A DNA stretch of 50,420 nt, the filler included, from Sphacelaria rigidula (taxonomy: Eukaryota): NCBI GenBank assembly GCA_964200075.2. It is 2 parts of 2 records of this genome, joined end to end, with 100 filler letters (N's around TTAATTAATTAA, not from the genome) between each part and the next. Parts side by side here need not be neighbours in the genome. Positions count along the whole stretch, not along the records: positions 25,266 to 50,420 come from CAXNAA020000178.1; 1 more part is not named here. One strand, given 5' to 3'. A model generated the notes under the pieces. The model was not told where the DNA came from. It made no database searches and worked only from the letters and a program-made list of their open reading frames with translations. The stretch's first letter is position 1. Each line of letters starts with the position of its first letter. Shown in pieces: positions 46,601 through 50,420 of the stretch. The translations under genes and the position numbers were made by a program.

Positions 46601-49600
46601 CGTCTTTTTCACATGTGCATGGCACACCTGTTTCATCTCGGGTGGTTGGTTCCAGGACAGCAGTATCTACTGCTGGTGCCCTCCCAGCAACTTTGAAACT
46701 AGATGCCCTGGTGTGTCTATCTGGTGTGGCAGGTAGGACGGCATGGGCTGCGGGAACCGAGCACATGACATGCGACGGCGACCTCGTACCGGCCAACTGC
46801 ACTGAACTATCTCCACGATCACCCCTACCGACCGATACCCCACCTCTCGCTCCAGCTATTGTTCGTACAGTGGTGCTTGAATGTCCATGATCGTCTTCAT
46901 CGGCGGCCGATAGTTCCTCTTTTTCTCTAACCTCTCTCCGTGGAGATTCTCGTGCTTGCTTTGATCGGAGGTGACTGATGCTGGCGCACCGTGTGGCGCA
47001 CGCACCCGGGCCAGTTGTGACGCCGGTGAACAAAAACTCACAAACACCAGCAACCTTCCGGAAGCGTTTACTCGACGGGCCTCTAGGCTCCTCACAATAA
47101 ACTGCCATATCACCGGTGGCGCAAGAGCGTACCGACTCTGTGCGGTCGGGTGCGCCGTGATGCCCGTTCTTCTCAGGACCGCAAGATTTGACTGATGATG
47201 AGCAGCCCTCTGGGTCCGGCACGACCTGCAAATGACCCGAATGTGCGCCCCGTAGGTAGGCGACGTCAGGTTCATCGTCAAGCGTGCTCCGAGCAGCAGT
47301 AGGCGCCGCAGGGACTGCTAAAACTTCTTCCAAGTCATGGCCAGCCTGTGTACGCCGTGAGTGCGTTCCTGTGCTACCGTAGCACCTGTTTTGTTCATCG
47401 CGAGCACTACTATGCGTTGTAGACACACCACCTAGGAGAGGACGGCCTTTCCTCAGTCGCGCTGGACTAGGCGGAAGAGTTTTCTCGAACTGGATATTGT
47501 GGATAGCCGATACCCCGACGCACGAGTTTTGACCTGATATCAAGACTTGACGCTTCGACGTATCGTCGACCGACTTGGTGCCTGGAGATGCCCACGACCC
47601 CGTCACCTCAGCCTCGCGTACATGTACTCGAGAACAGGAGAGTACTGATGCTGCAGACTCGGCATTTCTCTCATCAACATTCCTCAGTTTCGTCATTTTG
47701 TCGGAGGAAATCAGTTTTGTACAGTGCCGTCGACCCTCCGACTGTGACCGCAACAACGCTGCGCCGTGAACGTCGATTTGAGCCGCCGCCGGCCGTCCAT
47801 CCGCAGCCCCGAAAGCATCTGGAGGGGGGATGACCTCGCCGGGTTCCTCATAGTCCTTGTTGTCGCTTGCTGACGGCATACTGGTCCCGTTCGGCGCTTC
47901 GACGTCCTCCTTCTTCTGAGGATCCCTACAAATTCCTGTGTCCTGCCTGAAATATCTTCTCTTTTCCTGACCAGCGTTTTCCAATCTGTTGGGAGACGCG
48001 CCGCTGTCTTCCCGGACTACGCTGCAAGTCGACTCGAGCGATCTGGTCCGCTTTCTAGCTTCTCGCCCGATAAGACGCGCGCAGCTTCCTTCCAACGCAG
48101 CATTGGAAGACTGTACGTGTATCTGCGAAACCACTGGACGATCCCCCTGTCTATCAACTGAAACTCCTATCTTGTTATCGATTTGGTCGTCAATTTCGGA
48201 TTCCGTGGCGGGCTCTTCATCGCACGGAGCAGTGCCACCATCGGCTGGCGTTTCTTCTTCTATGTTTGTGCTACCCGTTATCGGTGCAACCCGCACCTGT
48301 TCGATATCGGCAGAAAGACGTTTTATTATCTCTTTCACGCTTGTGTCCCGTCCTCCGAGGAAGAGAGGTTCTACCAGCGCTGTCTCATCGCTTGTCACGC
48401 TGGGCACCACCTGTGGTCGAACGAGCAACATGCTTGCAGGGATGATGCCCGTACGATCGCCGCACGCTGATGACGATGGTACTGACTTGCTACGATCTGT
48501 TGCTTCCAAGACAATGCCATCGATGGATGGCAACGTGTCTGACGACGTGAGGCTTTGCTGTGACCTCCGGTAAAAATCCTCCCGTGGCCTGTTCGAGTTA
48601 TGCTCCGATTCTATTGCAAGGGTGTTCGAGAACTTACAACGTTCACCCGCGGAATCCTTTGCACGAAGACGTACGGCAAAACCAAAGCCACAAGCACTGG
48701 TAAGATCTTCCCTCAACCCAACAGGCGGAGACATCGTGCATCTTTCCCTATGCGCGAACCCCACCTTGCATTCACGTGTGTCAAGTAATGATGGTTCGCT
48801 CCGTGCATAATTCACATATCTAGTCAAGCCACAGCTTCCTTTAGGCGTGCCGCCGAGCGCCACGACGTTTGCTCGTATTCGTTGTGGTAGAGCTGTATAT
48901 GCCAATCGTATATCACCAATAACCCGGTTTTCGTTGTATTCGCTGTCAAGCGACGACGACTTCCAACAGTCGCGGCTGTCGGCGACGCCTTCTAGACCTT
49001 TAATCGCACAGATCTCATGACCGAGGGTGTCATCGCCAGGTAAGCCGTCGGCCTTGTTTTTCCCTGGAATATATTCTGATGTGACTTCAGGCGTAGCGCA
49101 GCTAGATTTCTGCCTGACCGAGCAATCAAGCTGCGCAGACTCCGTTCCGACCGCCGGTACTGATACTGGTGAAGATACGGATTCCCTTACCGAGTGTCCC
49201 TGCATTGAGGTTTGATGGATGAAAGTCAGCATGAGATCTTATTGTCCTGTTGGTTCCCTGGTAGATCCGATTTGTCAAGCAAGGAGAGTGAGCGCTAATA
49301 GAATTCAGGAGTGCGTAATCGACGGGCTTGCGGATGTATCATGTAGCACGTCCAGGCGAGCGTAATATCTACGATCCCAGGGTAAGTGCCCAAGGTCGCA
49401 AGTTATCGCGACTACTACCGGTGCAGTTCACACCGTTTCCAAGCATGGGTGATCTCGACTGACAGCATATCATAGAAAAAGTCGCCCACAGATACGTCTC
49501 TGGGCCCCATCAAATAGGAACCCTCGGGGTGTAATCCTTGGGGACTGAAGCACTTGCCTTTTGTCGCGGCGACGACAATCCACCCTCAAGCGGTAGAGAT

Positions 49601-50233
49601 CTGGTCAGCGATGTTTTATTATCTATTTCCTCGTCATCGTTCATTCCCACTACTACCCCCAGACTCCGATGGGTCCCCGTGTTTTCTTCTGCCAGCAGAA
49701 TGACTTGTGGGCGTTCCCTAGCGTCTACCGGTTGTGATGGTACCCGCCGCAGAAGAGTGACGAGCAACACGCGCCGGGTTTCAAAGCGTAGTTCGAGTTA
49801 CACGTTTGAGGCGTTAGTAGTCATCTACAGGCATTCCCACACGAGCTTCAGGTTGCAAGACAGACAACTTTTTCGTAAGCTACCAAATCAAGACAACGGT
49901 GTAGAGCAAGATTTCCTTTTCGATTGTGTAAACCACGTCCGGATTTTTAATTGCGCCCAAGGCGAGGATAAATTTAGTGTCGCCCTTACCAAGCAGAAGT
50001 GCGCCGTTTGAGTCGCTGCACAACGCTTGATGCGAATTCTTTGCGCCTGACTCACCTTTCTCAGGAAGTAAAGAAGTTCCATCTGTTCTGTCTATGCTTG
50101 AAGCGTCACCGCGGTCTACTCGGTGCTGCACCGGAGGCACCCCAGTTGCATCTCCTAGCTGTGTTTTAGGAATTTTGTTGACCAGAACAGTGGACACCTG
50201 CCCCACAGCAATACCAAGCGATCCGTTCTTACT
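43330..50233 (-). CDS. Large multi-exon orphan gene, Ser/Arg/Gly/Asp-rich, probably disordered protein (>1600 aa in window; 5' end outside the window, 3' end uncertain)
   Basis: Phase-compatible chain complement(join 50056..50233, 49558..49724, 46255..49199, 44548..45932, 43330..43691) with junction phases 1,0,2,1; explains the 999-aa and 429-aa ORFs. No domain recognised. Confidence 0.7.
44003..44082 (-). mobile_element. tRNA-derived SINE head (intronic)
   Basis: B box GAGTTCGAATCCC followed by T-rich sequence; A box degenerate; no intact cloverleaf. Confidence 0.45.
44548..45932 (-). CDS. Orphan gene exon (1385 nt)
   Basis: CTCCAG| acceptor (phase 2), open frame through ORF 44468..45757, GAG|GTGAG donor (phase 1). 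Confidence 0.72.
46255..49199 (-). CDS. Orphan gene exon (2945 nt)
   Basis: Branch-like GCTGAC plus TGCAG| acceptor; 999-codon open frame; CAG|GTGGA donor in phase 2 matching the next exon. Confidence 0.8.
49558..49724 (-). CDS. Orphan gene exon ending in a GC donor
   Basis: GGTAG|(D)ARERPQVILL...SSPRQK|GCAAGT; phase 1 to 0 bridges both neighbours. Confidence 0.6.
50056..50233 (-). CDS. Orphan gene exon
   Basis: AAACAG|SKNGSLGIAVGQV...SLLPEK-G|GTGAGT. Confidence 0.6.
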
Positions 50234-50420
50234 CTGTTTGTCGCGACATGCAAGTTATGGAAATCAGTAAGGGGGGTGTGAGTTGGCATATCACCGTTTT
50301 GCTCTTCAGGTGTACGGTTTGTGCATTTTCCGTGGAATTAGGCTATGCATGTTCTTGAAACAGCCAATCATCTATGTTGAGGATGGTGCTTTTGATTGAG
50401 GATGAGAACCCGGAGGATTG

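Overview
Eukaryotic, intron-rich, TE-rich nuclear DNA, most consistent with a brown alga (Phaeophyceae). This is inferred from the many short exons, A/C-rich acceptors and LINE/copia relics, not from a database search. The window is two pieces joined by an artificial 100-bp spacer (44N-TTAATTAATTAA-44N, 25166-25265). Left piece: the first coding exon of a PPIL2/CYP65-type spliceosomal cyclophilin (- strand, 4354-4404) sits head-to-head with a 17-exon gene (5333-17423, +). That gene encodes a ~923-aa protein with five type-I KH domains and a Gln/Pro/Gly/Tyr-rich tail, and all 16 introns are phase 0. It is followed by a heavily decayed coding relic with DUF6729/Zisupton-like transposase motifs, a hairpin MITE, tRNA-like SINE heads and an RTE-like LINE fragment. 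Right piece: low-complexity candidate exons, two fold-back MITEs, a LINE carrying a nested TG..CA element, a decayed Ty1/copia element, and several exons of a large orphan, disorder-rich gene (- strand; one ~2.9-kb exon, one GC-AG intron) that runs off the window. No CRISPR array, rRNA, intact tRNA or convincing viral gene was seen. I found no clear novel system. The best leads are the exon architecture and duplicated stop-bearing acceptor of the KH gene, the Zisupton-like relic, and the TG..CA mini-element carrying a LINE tail.
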